Shown here: positions 1 through 10,081 of the stretch, one piece after another
Position numbering within the stretch: the stretch's first letter is position 1
Layout: each line of letters opens with the position of its first letter
Assembly (NCBI GenBank): GCA_020718085.1
Contig: DYDB01000001.1
Coordinates: 117,902-181,901, forward strand
Direction of reading: 5' to 3'
DNA length: 64,000 nt
Source of the DNA: Micavibrio sp.
GTDB taxonomy: Bacteria; Patescibacteriota; Minisyncoccia; Moranbacterales; GCA-2747515
Translations under genes and position numbers: made by a program
The notes under the pieces: model-generated
Told to the model about the DNA's origin: nothing
The model's database searches: none
What the model saw: the letters and a program-made list of their open reading frames with translations, nothing else

Positions 1-103
1 CTCCATGACATAGCTAAAGAGGATGACGAATCACGTCACGCATAAGAGGCGTGTCACACAAAAACAGGGAAACAAAATTGTATTTTTGTTTCCCTGTAAT
101 TTT

Positions 104-2317
104 TTATGAATTCTTTGCAAGTTTATCTGGACGATGATTCGGACAGGTTTTGTCACTGCATCTCTCGGGAATTGTTTTGGTGCCTTCCATCATGAGAGCG
201 CCACATGTCTGCCCATCCTTGTCTTCGCGTTTGTAGGCACATGTTTTTCCTGTTGGTTTGGTTTTGATCGCATTTTTACATGTTGGATATTCACTGCAAC
301 TATAAAAGATCCCAAATCGTCCACTACGCTCCACCATCTCACCCTTGCCACACATCGGACATTTCACGCCTGTTTTTTTCTTCTCAGCTTCCGTAGGATC
401 CTCTTTGATGTATTTGCATTTTGGGTAGTTGGCGCAGGAGATAAATTTACCAAACCGTCCCTCGCGTTCCACAAGTTTACCAGTTTCACACTTCGGACAA
501 GATTCGCCGGTTTCCTTGGGTCCTTGCATTTCTTTGCCATCGATCAATCGTGCACCATCGCAATCGGGGAATTTTTTGCAACTGAGAAATTTACCATTTT
601 TCCCGAGTTTAATGATCATTGGACCCTTGCATTTTGGACAGGTGAATTTGGGATCTGCTTCACCGAGATCAGTTGCCTTGTCCAACTTTGCTTTGGATTT
701 TACATCTTTATGAAACGGCTTATAAAAGTCAGTCAGTGTTTTGACATATTCGCGTTCTCCGCGAGCGATGTCATCAAGCTCATCTTCCATTTCTGCGGTA
801 AATGTATCACTGATATATGTGGCAAAATGTGCAGAGAGAAAATCACTGACAACCTCACCGGTATCAGTCGGTTTGAGAGAGCGTCCTTCTTTTTCTACAT
901 AGCCGCGTGTCTGAATGGTGCGGATAATAGAAGCATAGGTACTTGGACGGCCAATGCCACGTTTCTCCAATTCTTTTACAAGTCCGGCCTCACTATAACG
1001 TGGCGGTGGAGTAGTTTCTTTTTCATCTGAATGAAATTTCACGAGCTTCAATGATTCTTGTGGCGCGATCAGAGGCACTTCAACATCATCCTTGCGAGCT
1101 ACTGGGTCAGCAGAAAGCCATCCCAATGAAATGATACGAGATCCTGTTGTTGTAAAATCAGGGATCTCACCATTGGTGATGTTGGCGGTGATGCGCGTTT
1201 TTTTGATCTGTGCATCGATCATTTGTGATGCGAGTGTACGTGTGCGAATGAGCTCGTAGAGACGTTTTTGATCACTGGTCATACCAGCTTGTTCTACGCG
1301 TAGATCTGAAGGGCGAACGGCCTCATGCGCCTCCTGTGCATTTTTACTTTTTGTTTTGAACATGCGCAATTCATATTGATCTGCGCCGTAGGTAGATGTC
1401 ACAACATTTTTAATTGCTTTGAGAGCATCTTGTGAAAGAGTGGTAGAATCAGTGCGCATATATGTGATATGACCGGCTTCATAGAGTTTTTGTGCTGTTT
1501 GCATTGTGCGTGATGGAGAAAAGCCCAAACGTGATGAGGCAGTTTGCTGGAGCGTTGATGTTGTAAATGGTGCATAGGGGCGACGTTTTTGCATTGATTC
1601 TTTTACATCTGTAATGTGCCACACGCCTTTTTGTCCAACTTTTGCTATGCGCTGCGCCTCTTTTTCATCACGAGGCTCCTCTTTGCATGTGAGTGTGAGA
1701 GGGTCTTTTTTTGTGGTGAGAAAGTCTGCAGAGAGCGTCCAGTATTTTTCCGGGATGAATGCTTGGATTTCTTTTTCGCGTTCTACGATGATACGCAAAG
1801 CGGGAGACTGCACACGACCGGCGGAAAGTCCATAGCGCACTTTTTGCCAAATGATACCCGATAGGTCATATCCCACTAAACGATCCAAGACACGACGTGC
1901 TTCTTGTGCACGGCGCAAATTTTGATCGACTTTTTTGGGGTGGAGAAGAGCGTCATTTACAGCTGTTTTGGTGATCTCATGAAAAACAATGCGTTGCATT
2001 TCTGATTTGGGTATACCGGCATCCTTGAGAACTTCAGCAACATGCCATGCGATTGCCTCTCCCTCGCGGTCCGGATCTGTTGCCAAGTAGATCTCATCGG
2101 CTTTTTTGGCAAGTGATACGAGGTCTTTGACGACCTTTTCTTTGTCTGGAGAAATAACATAGCGCGGTTTGAAGTCATTTTCAATGTCAATTGCATCTTT
2201 ATTGGACTTTGGAAGGTCACGAATGTGGCCAACGCTGGAGGTTACTTGGTAACCTGTGCCGAGGTACTTCTTGATGGTTTTGGTCTTGGAAGGGGACTCT
2301 ACGATGAGGAGTTTCAT
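104..2317 (-). CDS. topA: DNA topoisomerase I; Toprim N-terminus plus four C-terminal C4 zinc-ribbon repeats
   Basis: 737 aa ORF with N-terminal MKLLIVESPSKTKTI...GHIRDLP Toprim signature; C-terminus has repeated CPKC...C..C zinc ribbons. Confidence 0.92.
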   Translation of the reverse strand: MKLLIVESPSKTKTIKKYLGTGYQVTSSVGHIRDLPKSNKDAIDIENDFKPRYVISPDKEKVVKDLVSLAKKADEIYLATDPDREGEAIAWHVAEVLKDAGIPKSEMQRIVFHEITKTAVNDALLHPKKVDQNLRRAQEARRVLDRLVGYDLSGIIWQKVRYGLSAGRVQSPALRIIVEREKEIQAFIPEKYWTLSADFLTTKKDPLTLTCKEEPRDEKEAQRIAKVGQKGVWHITDVKESMQKRRPYAPFTTSTLQQTASSRLGFSPSRTMQTAQKLYEAGHITYMRTDSTTLSQDALKAIKNVVTSTYGADQYELRMFKTKSKNAQEAHEAVRPSDLRVEQAGMTSDQKRLYELIRTRTLASQMIDAQIKKTRITANITNGEIPDFTTTGSRIISLGWLSADPVARKDDVEVPLIAPQESLKLVKFHSDEKETTPPPRYSEAGLVKELEKRGIGRPSTYASIIRTIQTRGYVEKEGRSLKPTDTGEVVSDFLSAHFATYISDTFTAEMEDELDDIARGEREYVKTLTDFYKPFHKDVKSKAKLDKATDLGEADPKFTCPKCKGPMIIKLGKNGKFLSCKKFPDCDGARLIDGKEMQGPKETGESCPKCETGKLVEREGRFGKFISCANYPKCKYIKEDPTEAEKKKTGVKCPMCGKGEMVERSGRFGIFYSCSEYPTCKNAIKTKPTGKTCAYKREDKDGQTCGALMMEGTKTIPERCSDKTCPNHRPDKLAKNS

Positions 2318-2453
2318 TATTTAGGGCATTTAAAAAGTAGTATGTGGTGAAGTAATAACTTCACGCACATTTATCTCACAAAATACAATCAAAGTAGTAA
2401 TTTGTCAAATTATTGGCAAAAAATGGTGATAATTACAAGTAGGAAATCTTTGA

Positions 2454-3572
2454 TTACAGAGCAATAAATGTTTGATTACCAATGTTTTTAATAATTCCGT
2501 CAATCTCAAGCATTGTGAGTGTGGTGGAAACCGTGGTTGTATCAAAGTTGGTCTTTTTGATGATATGGTTGATGGATATGCCATCATGTGAGGCAATCAT
2601 ATTATAGACGGTTTTGTGATCAGGATGAGAGAAAGTTCGTTCTTTTTCACTGATTGAAAGAAAAGTATTTTCTTCATGAAAAAGCGTTAATATTTCGGCG
2701 CTTGTGAATAGTGGCGTGGCAATGCCGTTTCTTATAAGCTCGTTGGAACCGGCTGCCTGTGGGGAAAAGATCGATCCGGGGAGTGCAAATGTTTTTTTGT
2801 TGTACGTATGCGCATATGCGGCAGTGATCAATGTGCCAGAGTCTTTGGCTGCTTCGGTGATGAGCGTTGCATCGGCAAGTCCTGCCATGAGGCGATTGCG
2901 GGCAGGAAATGTTCCACGGCTGGGTTTTGTGCCAATGGGATATTCTGATATAATCGTGCCACTGTGATCGAGGATCTTATGCGCAAGTGATAGATGCGAG
3001 CGCGGTGCAAGAGACGCATCATCTACACCGCCGGCAACGATAGCAATTGTTGTTCCGTTATTTTCCAACGTGGTGCGATGTGCGAGTGCGTCTGTGCCAA
3101 GGGCCAGTCCGGATAATACAGTGATGCCACTGCGTGCGATCTCACCTGTGAGTAGCGTGGTCGCGCGTATGCCGTATTCACTGATCTTGCGTGAACCAAC
3201 GATCGCTACAGATGGCGTGGAAAGAGCGTTGATATTGCCCCGTACATACAAGCAAAATGGCGGTTGGGGAATTTCTCTCAATTTTTTTGGGAAATGCGAT
3301 TCAGAGAACACAAGAAGTTTGGTATCTGATCGTGTCATTTTTTCCCATGAAGTGATCGGATCAATGTGTGATCTGTATAGAAGTGTTGCAGAGATCAATT
3401 TTGTAGAAAGTCCTGCAGCAGCCAGCTCTTCGGCAGGCGCATGCCAGGCTGTTTCAAAAGAATCAAAATGATTGGAAAGAAAAAATAATTTTTGTGCACC
3501 AATGCCGGGGATCATGTTGAACGCATTGATGTATATATGATCTTGTGACACGGGATTTGGCACAGTTGACAT
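2454..3572 (-). CDS. dprA: DNA processing protein A (Smf/DprA)
   Basis: 372 aa; Rossmann-like core with LSGLALGTDALAHRTTLE...TIAIVAGGVD motif typical of DprA. Confidence 0.85.
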   Translation of the reverse strand: MSTVPNPVSQDHIYINAFNMIPGIGAQKLFFLSNHFDSFETAWHAPAEELAAAGLSTKLISATLLYRSHIDPITSWEKMTRSDTKLLVFSESHFPKKLREIPQPPFCLYVRGNINALSTPSVAIVGSRKISEYGIRATTLLTGEIARSGITVLSGLALGTDALAHRTTLENNGTTIAIVAGGVDDASLAPRSHLSLAHKILDHSGTIISEYPIGTKPSRGTFPARNRLMAGLADATLITEAAKDSGTLITAAYAHTYNKKTFALPGSIFSPQAAGSNELIRNGIATPLFTSAEILTLFHEENTFLSISEKERTFSHPDHKTVYNMIASHDGISINHIIKKTNFDTTTVSTTLTMLEIDGIIKNIGNQTFIAL

Positions 3573-3773
3573 AAAGTAATAAATTTGTTATTATAGCGAA
3601 CTACCTTTTCAGCATAATATATGTACACAGTTCCGTCTACAGTGGGAAATGTGCAGGTTATCTCCTCCTTACCTGTACGTTCGTTTCCTCGTGACTTTAT
3701 GTGACGGGGAACTATATGTAGATGGAACTGTGGGTATATATGTGTATTTTTACATCAAAATAAGGAGACAAAG

Positions 3774-4271
3774 ATGCACGCGTTCGGAATGTTGATGTAT
3801 GGAGTGATATTTTTTATCCAAATTCATTATCCTATTTATATCATAGACAAATTGATCATTGATGATGATCAAGTACAAAGACGAGAATTTGACAGAGATC
3901 AAAAAGCCATGTCGGACGCATTGATGTTGATCAACGAACTTATGTTGGTACATGAGAACGCCCCTCTTGAAAAATGGCCGAAGGATGTGAATGTCAAGCA
4001 AGGAATTCGCTCTGCGTGCCAGGTGACACAGCCACAAGTGGAAAATATGCTTAGAACGCACGCCCTCACATATGAGGGTGGAGTTACTGCGGATCATATG
4101 AAACGAGTGGCTGATCGCATGTCCAAGGCAATCGGATTTTATGCGGATGCAACGGGAAATGATGACGGAAAAGTGTATCTCGGAGAGTTTGAAGACTTTC
4201 TTCGCAGTAAAAACGTTATAGAAAATAACGGCATGTTCTTTCTTCTTTGCTTCATTGAGACGTACAAGTAA
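3774..4271 (+). CDS. hypothetical protein
   Basis: 165 aa ORF with RBS-like AAGGAGA upstream; no recognisable motif; internal start possible. Confidence 0.4.
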   Translation: MHAFGMLMYGVIFFIQIHYPIYIIDKLIIDDDQVQRREFDRDQKAMSDALMLINELMLVHENAPLEKWPKDVNVKQGIRSACQVTQPQVENMLRTHALTYEGGVTADHMKRVADRMSKAIGFYADATGNDDGKVYLGEFEDFLRSKNVIENNGMFFLLCFIETYK

Positions 4272-4315
4272 AACTCAGATCGCTCCGTGCAATCATATTT
4301 GCATAGGGCGATCTT

Positions 4316-4864
4316 TCATTTTATGCAGAAAATTTGTGCGATGATCTCATCGTACACGCGAGTGCAGGTTTCTTGTTCTGCGGAAGAAAGATCTTGAAGT
4401 ACGTACGCTTCGCCGGAAATGTGGCCACGCTCTTTTTTGCCACCTGCGGATTCAATACCGATGCGAATACGCATGAAGTCTTGTGTGCCGAGAACATTGA
4501 TAATATTTTGTACGCCGTTGTGTCCCGCAGCGCGTGTATCATGGGACACCTTGTATTTACCAAGTGTAATGTCAAGGTCATCATGCACAATGATCAAGTC
4601 AGATGGAGATATTTTATAAAATTGCATCACAGAGGCAATCGCAATACCTGAACGGTTCATAAATGTTTGCGGCTTGAGAAGAATGATCTTATCTGTGTTA
4701 CATGGTATGAAACCCTCGCTGGTGTGTGCATCGTGTTTTTTATCGTGTGTGAAGGGTGGAAAATGAAAGTGGTGCGTAAAGTGATCTAAGAATAAAAAAC
4801 CGATATTATGTCGCGTATGTATATATTGCATACCGGGATTGCCGAGTCCGCAGATCAGTTTCAT
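4316..4864 (-). CDS. pth: peptidyl-tRNA hydrolase
   Basis: MKLICGLGNPG...HNIGF...NRSG motifs. ORF as given starts at 4879; the second Met at 4864 avoids overlap with the upstream gene and matches canonical Pth N-terminus. Confidence 0.88.
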   Translation of the reverse strand: MKLICGLGNPGMQYIHTRHNIGFLFLDHFTHHFHFPPFTHDKKHDAHTSEGFIPCNTDKIILLKPQTFMNRSGIAIASVMQFYKISPSDLIIVHDDLDITLGKYKVSHDTRAAGHNGVQNIINVLGTQDFMRIRIGIESAGGKKERGHISGEAYVLQDLSSAEQETCTRVYDEIIAQIFCIK

Positions 4865-4868
4865 AGAA

Positions 4869-6542
4869 TTATTGTTCATTAGTATTTAGGAGATTCTCTT
4901 GTTCCAGCTCATCACGAGATATTTCTGTATACGTGTATGTATTGAGGATATCATTTCCAAGCATGATCGCAAAATCTGATGTAATTTTTTTGTCGATGTC
5001 CGTAGCACCTTTTGTTGCAGGAACCTTTTTGATCAATTCATCCAAAGAGAAGGGTTTTGATCCGGATGTGCGATCAACGATCACTGTTGTTTCTTGTGGA
5101 ACAATTTTTTTATTCTTTGGATCAGAAAATACGGTGATACTTTGAAAGCCGATCTTTTTGAGAAGTCCGGATACACGCTCTGGAAGATCCGTGTCGGACG
5201 TAGTGTTGATGAGTGTGATCGTAGGTTCTTCGCCGTGGATGTCTTTTTCGCGTTGTGCAATTTTTTGGAGATCGAAAATGAGCTCTGCGCGTTCGCGAAT
5301 TTCTTTATAATTGCCTGTGCGTGGTGTGAGACCGGAAATGCCACCGCCGGATCCATATTGTCGCGTGCTCATAAGGAGGCTTCCGGGTTGCCATGCATCA
5401 ATTACAACAGTTGTAATGTTTTGGGTATCAAGTTTTTTGATCAAAGCGATGAACGGTTCAATTTCGTTGGGAGAGATATTGGTGTGAATATGATCGCCTA
5501 GTACATCAAATATTTCGGCAATGCGCATAGGATTTACGATTGTGCCAAGAGAGAATGCCTTGTTTTTGGCAGATTGCATGATCTGTTGTTGTCTTTTTGC
5601 GCGACCAAAATCACCTTCGGCATCATGACGTGTGCGAGCGTACTTGAGAGCGGTTTCGCCGTTGAATTTTTGTAATCCAGGATATACTTCGAATGTCTCG
5701 TAGCTGTATCCCGGTCCGGGATAGCGTTCGTCTTTGATATGACTGGGTACATCGACATTGATGCCCTCGAGCGTATCTATAATTTTAATAAAACCCTCAA
5801 AGTCCATGACAACATAATAGTGAATGGTTTGTCCGGTAATGTCTTGTACAATGTTGGTGATATGATCAGCGCCGACATTATTGCGCAGACCAGTTTGATA
5901 TACCGAGTTGATCTTGACATAGCCATAATCTGTTTGCACGAGGAGATCGCGCGGAATAGAAAAAAGTCCAATAGTATAATTTGTGGTGTTGATGCTTGCT
6001 ACCATGATCGTGTCGGTAAGATCTTTGCCGGATTTATGTGTATTCGCTCTGCCAAGAAGAAGAATGTTTATACGCCCACTATCAAATCCATTGAGCGTTT
6101 TGTATGAGTGCGGATTGGCGATATTGGCAAGTGCTTTCATAACTGACGGTTGTTCCTTATCGTCAGATATACGTGCAAGAGTCTCGTTGGTCTTGTGTAA
6201 CACGGCATATCCAGCCCATAGAATGCTTGCAAAAAATGCGATGAACGCAAGCCAAAAAATCCATTTTCCAAAAGAAAAACACCGTCGGGGCTTTTCAGTG
6301 ATCTTGGTGCGACGAATATATTCATCAAATGTCTCGACTGTATGATGCTGTGGTAACGCAGAGGGAGTTGGGGATGTGTTGTTTTTTTGAGATGAGATCG
6401 CTATGCGCGAGGATTGTGGCTGCCTAACGTTTTTGGCAAGTGATGCTGAACGATTGGGTATGGGCATTTTGGTAGATTGTGGGCGCTTAACAATGTCCAT
6501 TGCAGTGCAAATATAGTAACGAATATAATAATATTCTAGCAC
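4869..6542 (-). CDS. LytR-CpsA-Psr (LCP) family cell-envelope phosphotransferase with C-terminal extension
   Basis: 557 aa; N-terminal TM then LCP core INILLLGRANTHKSGKDLTDTIMVASIN...FSIPRDLLV. Confidence 0.8.
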   Translation of the reverse strand: MLEYYYIRYYICTAMDIVKRPQSTKMPIPNRSASLAKNVRQPQSSRIAISSQKNNTSPTPSALPQHHTVETFDEYIRRTKITEKPRRCFSFGKWIFWLAFIAFFASILWAGYAVLHKTNETLARISDDKEQPSVMKALANIANPHSYKTLNGFDSGRINILLLGRANTHKSGKDLTDTIMVASINTTNYTIGLFSIPRDLLVQTDYGYVKINSVYQTGLRNNVGADHITNIVQDITGQTIHYYVVMDFEGFIKIIDTLEGINVDVPSHIKDERYPGPGYSYETFEVYPGLQKFNGETALKYARTRHDAEGDFGRAKRQQQIMQSAKNKAFSLGTIVNPMRIAEIFDVLGDHIHTNISPNEIEPFIALIKKLDTQNITTVVIDAWQPGSLLMSTRQYGSGGGISGLTPRTGNYKEIRERAELIFDLQKIAQREKDIHGEEPTITLINTTSDTDLPERVSGLLKKIGFQSITVFSDPKNKKIVPQETTVIVDRTSGSKPFSLDELIKKVPATKGATDIDKKITSDFAIMLGNDILNTYTYTEISRDELEQENLLNTNEQ

Positions 6543-6689
6543 ATGTTCTTGTAATCAGTAAAAAATAGTCTGGAATAAATGAGGAATTCTTGCTCTAACA
6601 CGATCTCATATATTATGCTACTATAGTGAGGAACAATTTCATTTCAATAATTCACCAATTACTTGTTACCAGTTATTAGCTACTAAACT

Positions 6690-9035
6690 ATGTTTCTCAA
6701 AAGACTCGAAATTAAAGGATTCAAATCATTTGCTACGGAAACAACATTTGATTTTTCGCCGCGATGCATGGGTTCGCACAAGGACGGTGCGATGCACACG
6801 TGTGGCATTACGGCAATTGTTGGACCAAATGGTTCGGGAAAATCCAATGTGTCTGATGCAGTGCGCTGGGTGATGGGTGAACAATCCATGAAAACCTTGC
6901 GTGGTAAAAAGGGTGAGGATGTGATCTTCTCCGGATCTGAAAAGCGCGGCAAATTATCGATGGCGGAAGTATCTTTGGTTTTTGATAACGCGGACAAGGT
7001 GATGCCGATCGAATTTAATGAAGTGATCGTTTCGCGTAAAGTCTATCGCAATGGTGAGAGTGAATACTTGATCAATGATGCACATGTGCGACTTCTGGAT
7101 GTTGTGGATCTTTTGGCTCGTGTAGGCATCGGGAAAGAGAGTTATTGTGTGGTGGGACAGGGTATGACAGATGCGATCTTGAACGCAACTCCATTGGAGC
7201 GGCGCGAGATCATCGAGGATGCAGCAGGTGTGAAGCATTTTCAGATTCGTAAAGCACGTGCGATCAAAAAATTGGATCGTACAAAGGAAAATTTGGATCA
7301 AGTGCGTGCGATCATTACAGAAGTGACGCCGCATTTGCGTTCATTGCGCAGGCAGGCAGGTAAGGCAAAACAAGGAAAAGAAGTATATGAAGCTCTCAAA
7401 GAATCGCAACGAAATTATTTTGCATTTATGTGGAATAATTTATATGGCGAAAAAGTGCGCTTGGAAGATGAGCGTCAACGTATTGGCATTGAGCTCAAAA
7501 ATGCAGAGCGTGAAGTGGACAAGCTCAATGATCAGATCATGGCGGAGTCCAAGAAAGTAGAGGATGCTGAGAAAATAGAAATATATGAAAAAGAAAAACG
7601 TGCCGTGTATGTAAAACTGCAGTCATTGGAAAAAAAGATCGCAGTGGCGGAAGGACATATTGAAATACAAAAAGAACGGCGTAATCATGAAAAAAAAGTG
7701 CGCAGTATTCCTGTGGACTTGCAGTATGTGCAAAAACAACTGTCAGATATACGTGCCAAACAGGATGCACTCGTAGCGGAACTGGATGCGGTTTTGGACA
7801 TAGGTGAAATAAAAAACATCGTCAAAAAGCTCAAAGCGATCCATAAAGAAGTGGACAGACTTTATGATGATGCAGGAAAAAAGCATGTAGAAGTGGTTCA
7901 GGATGATTATGATGAGCGTGTGAAAAAATACGATGACAAAGTTGCGGAATTGGATGCGGAGATCGTGGAACACACAAAAAATATTGTAGAAATTCGTGCG
8001 GAAATTGAGCGATTGAACCATTTGATCACAGAGGCTGTTGCTGCCGATAAGCATGCGCGCATGCAATTTTTTGCTTTGGAAAAAGAATTGCGAGAAAAGC
8101 AGAGATTGCTTGATGCAATCCGCGAGCGATTTAACGATGTGAAGGTGGAAATTGCCCGTACGGAGGTCCGTGAGGAAGATGTGGTGACGGAGGTGCGGCA
8201 AGAGTTGGGTATCGAAGTGGATGCGCTTGGTGCATGTGTCGATGCAACGGCAACGCGTGAAGAGATGGAACGTGAGATGTATCGATTACGTGCCAAATAT
8301 GAACAGATTGGAGGAATCGATCCGATGGTAATCGAAGAATACGAAGAAATGCAGGAGCGTTTTGATGTACTTGCCAATGAATCAGAAGATCTCACACAAG
8401 CGATCGCGCAGCTGCGAGAAGTGATCAAAGAAATGGATCAAAAGATCCATACGGAATTTGTGTCCGCATATAAAGAAATTAATGTGGAATTCACAAAGTA
8501 CTTTCGTATTTTGTTCAACGGTGGAAATGCAAAATTGAGCAAAATAACCGTTGATGTAACGCCAAAACAAAAGAAAACAGATGAGATTGAGGGTGATGTG
8601 GAATTGGAAATATTGCAAGACGTTGTAGATGAGGAGGAGGGCGAAACACAAAAAACGCAGGGAAAGACCGAAGTGGGTATTGAGATCGTGGCATCCCCTC
8701 CAGGCAAAAAGATCAAGCACCTCTCATCACTTTCTGGTGGGGAGCGATCACTCACATCTGTTGCGATGCTATTGGCGATCATTTCTTACAATCCGCCACC
8801 ATTTACAATTTTAGATGAGGTGGAAGCGGCACTTGATGAGGCAAATTCTCGACGCTTGGCAAAGATCTTTGCAGAGCTTTCACACAAAACACAATTTATT
8901 ATCATTACACACAATCGGGAGACGATGCGACATTCCGATACGATGTATGGTGTAACGATGGGACACGATGGTGCGTCACAGATCCTTTCTGTCAAATTAG
9001 AGCAGATCAAAAATGACGGAGAGATCGAAGCTTGA
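6690..9035 (+). CDS. smc: SMC-family chromosome segregation ATPase, short form without evident hinge
   Basis: N-terminal IKGFKSF...GPNGSGKSN Walker A, RGKKGEDVIF, long coiled-coil, C-terminal LSGGERSLTSVAMLLAI signature and ILDEVEAALDEAN D-loop; only 781 aa. Confidence 0.8.
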   Translation: MFLKRLEIKGFKSFATETTFDFSPRCMGSHKDGAMHTCGITAIVGPNGSGKSNVSDAVRWVMGEQSMKTLRGKKGEDVIFSGSEKRGKLSMAEVSLVFDNADKVMPIEFNEVIVSRKVYRNGESEYLINDAHVRLLDVVDLLARVGIGKESYCVVGQGMTDAILNATPLERREIIEDAAGVKHFQIRKARAIKKLDRTKENLDQVRAIITEVTPHLRSLRRQAGKAKQGKEVYEALKESQRNYFAFMWNNLYGEKVRLEDERQRIGIELKNAEREVDKLNDQIMAESKKVEDAEKIEIYEKEKRAVYVKLQSLEKKIAVAEGHIEIQKERRNHEKKVRSIPVDLQYVQKQLSDIRAKQDALVAELDAVLDIGEIKNIVKKLKAIHKEVDRLYDDAGKKHVEVVQDDYDERVKKYDDKVAELDAEIVEHTKNIVEIRAEIERLNHLITEAVAADKHARMQFFALEKELREKQRLLDAIRERFNDVKVEIARTEVREEDVVTEVRQELGIEVDALGACVDATATREEMEREMYRLRAKYEQIGGIDPMVIEEYEEMQERFDVLANESEDLTQAIAQLREVIKEMDQKIHTEFVSAYKEINVEFTKYFRILFNGGNAKLSKITVDVTPKQKKTDEIEGDVELEILQDVVDEEEGETQKTQGKTEVGIEIVASPPGKKIKHLSSLSGGERSLTSVAMLLAIISYNPPPFTILDEVEAALDEANSRRLAKIFAELSHKTQFIIITHNRETMRHSDTMYGVTMGHDGASQILSVKLEQIKNDGEIEA

Positions 9036-9055
9036 TCCATAATAATGTGAATTTT

Positions 9056-9095
9056 AAAACATGATCCAGTGGTTTTGGATCATGTTTTTGTTTTG
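9056..9095 (+). terminator. rho-independent terminator after smc
   Basis: AAAACATGATCCAGTGGTTTTGGATCATGTTTTTGTTTTG hairpin plus T-tract. Confidence 0.7.
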
Positions 9096-9171
9096 ACAGG
9101 GCATAGATATGCATGATACGATGTGCTATTGTTCTTTTGTTTATCAATTTATACATACGGAGGATCCAGAA

Positions 9172-9447
9172 ATGCCGAATATTGAACTTCACGGTTTTGG
9201 AGCAGAAAATGGGAAAAACGCGATTCAATTGATGAAAAAAATTTTTACTGGTACGCCATGGCAAGATGATTATGTCACGACGCATGTATTATCTGAAGTG
9301 CAGGATCATCATAGTTGTGAACAGCCATACTTTCGGGTGTTTGGCACTAAGCAAAGTGAAATTGATGCTTTGGCGACAATCTTGGCACAATTGGGTTATG
9401 ACATTGAGCTTATGCCACCAATTAAATTCTTACCAAAGAAAAAGTAA
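9172..9447 (+). CDS. hypothetical small protein
   Basis: Start chosen at ATG 8 nt after GGAGGA (MPNIELHGF...); 91 aa; no known motif. Confidence 0.45.
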   Translation: MPNIELHGFGAENGKNAIQLMKKIFTGTPWQDDYVTTHVLSEVQDHHSCEQPYFRVFGTKQSEIDALATILAQLGYDIELMPPIKFLPKKK

Positions 9448-9525
9448 AGGTATTCTGTCGTACTCAGTAAAGATGAAAGGCTGCAAGAAAATTTTCTCGC
9501 AGCCTTTTACATTTTGTGTAAGATA

Positions 9526-10035
9526 TCACTCTTTTATACGGTTGCGCAAAAGTGAAACGTGATACAGAACACACCATATCATGCATGCAAGTAGCATACT
9601 ACAGCTAAAAATGAGTGCAGTTTTACGATCGATCAATGGTATGGCAAAATGGTGAATGGCCTCGGCTGCATCAACGAGAAAAAAGATCGCGATGCCAATG
9701 CTACACATTATGACCAATCCTTCACAAAATGTGATCAGTGCTATGAGACCCCCGTCATTTTCACAGATCTTCCCGAGGTTAAAATAATCTTTCAACCAAG
9801 GAGGCTGCAATACCGAAGTTTCTGAATTATGAAGAAATTTCCATAAAATGATACATGCGACGGTGATCTTTACAAAAAGCCATCCTGCGGATAACGTCCA
9901 AATGAAAAGGTCCATGACAATGTGCCTCCCGGTGATGAAGTTGATCTTTACATGATAAGAACGATGACATCGTGAATGTATCATTGCATAGTAAATTTTG
10001 CAAATAAAATTCACGATCTGTAAGGAGTGATGCAT
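9526..10035 (-). CDS. hypothetical membrane protein
   Basis: 169 aa ORF with several hydrophobic helices; start uncertain. Confidence 0.35.
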   Translation of the reverse strand: MHHSLQIVNFICKIYYAMIHSRCHRSYHVKINFITGRHIVMDLFIWTLSAGWLFVKITVACIILWKFLHNSETSVLQPPWLKDYFNLGKICENDGGLIALITFCEGLVIMCSIGIAIFFLVDAAEAIHHFAIPLIDRKTALIFSCSMLLACMIWCVLYHVSLLRNRIKE

Positions 10036-10081
10036 AATGAGATATAATTTGGTACAATGAGAACAATATATCAGTAATACA

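Noticed and set aside
134-1030. 298-aa plus-strand ORF inside topA
   Set aside because: Antisense to a clearly conserved topoisomerase I gene; Phe/Cys-rich nonsense composition.
7907-8782. Several minus-strand ORFs (173, 112, 114 aa) inside smc
   Set aside because: Ser-rich antisense translations of the coiled-coil-coding region; spurious.
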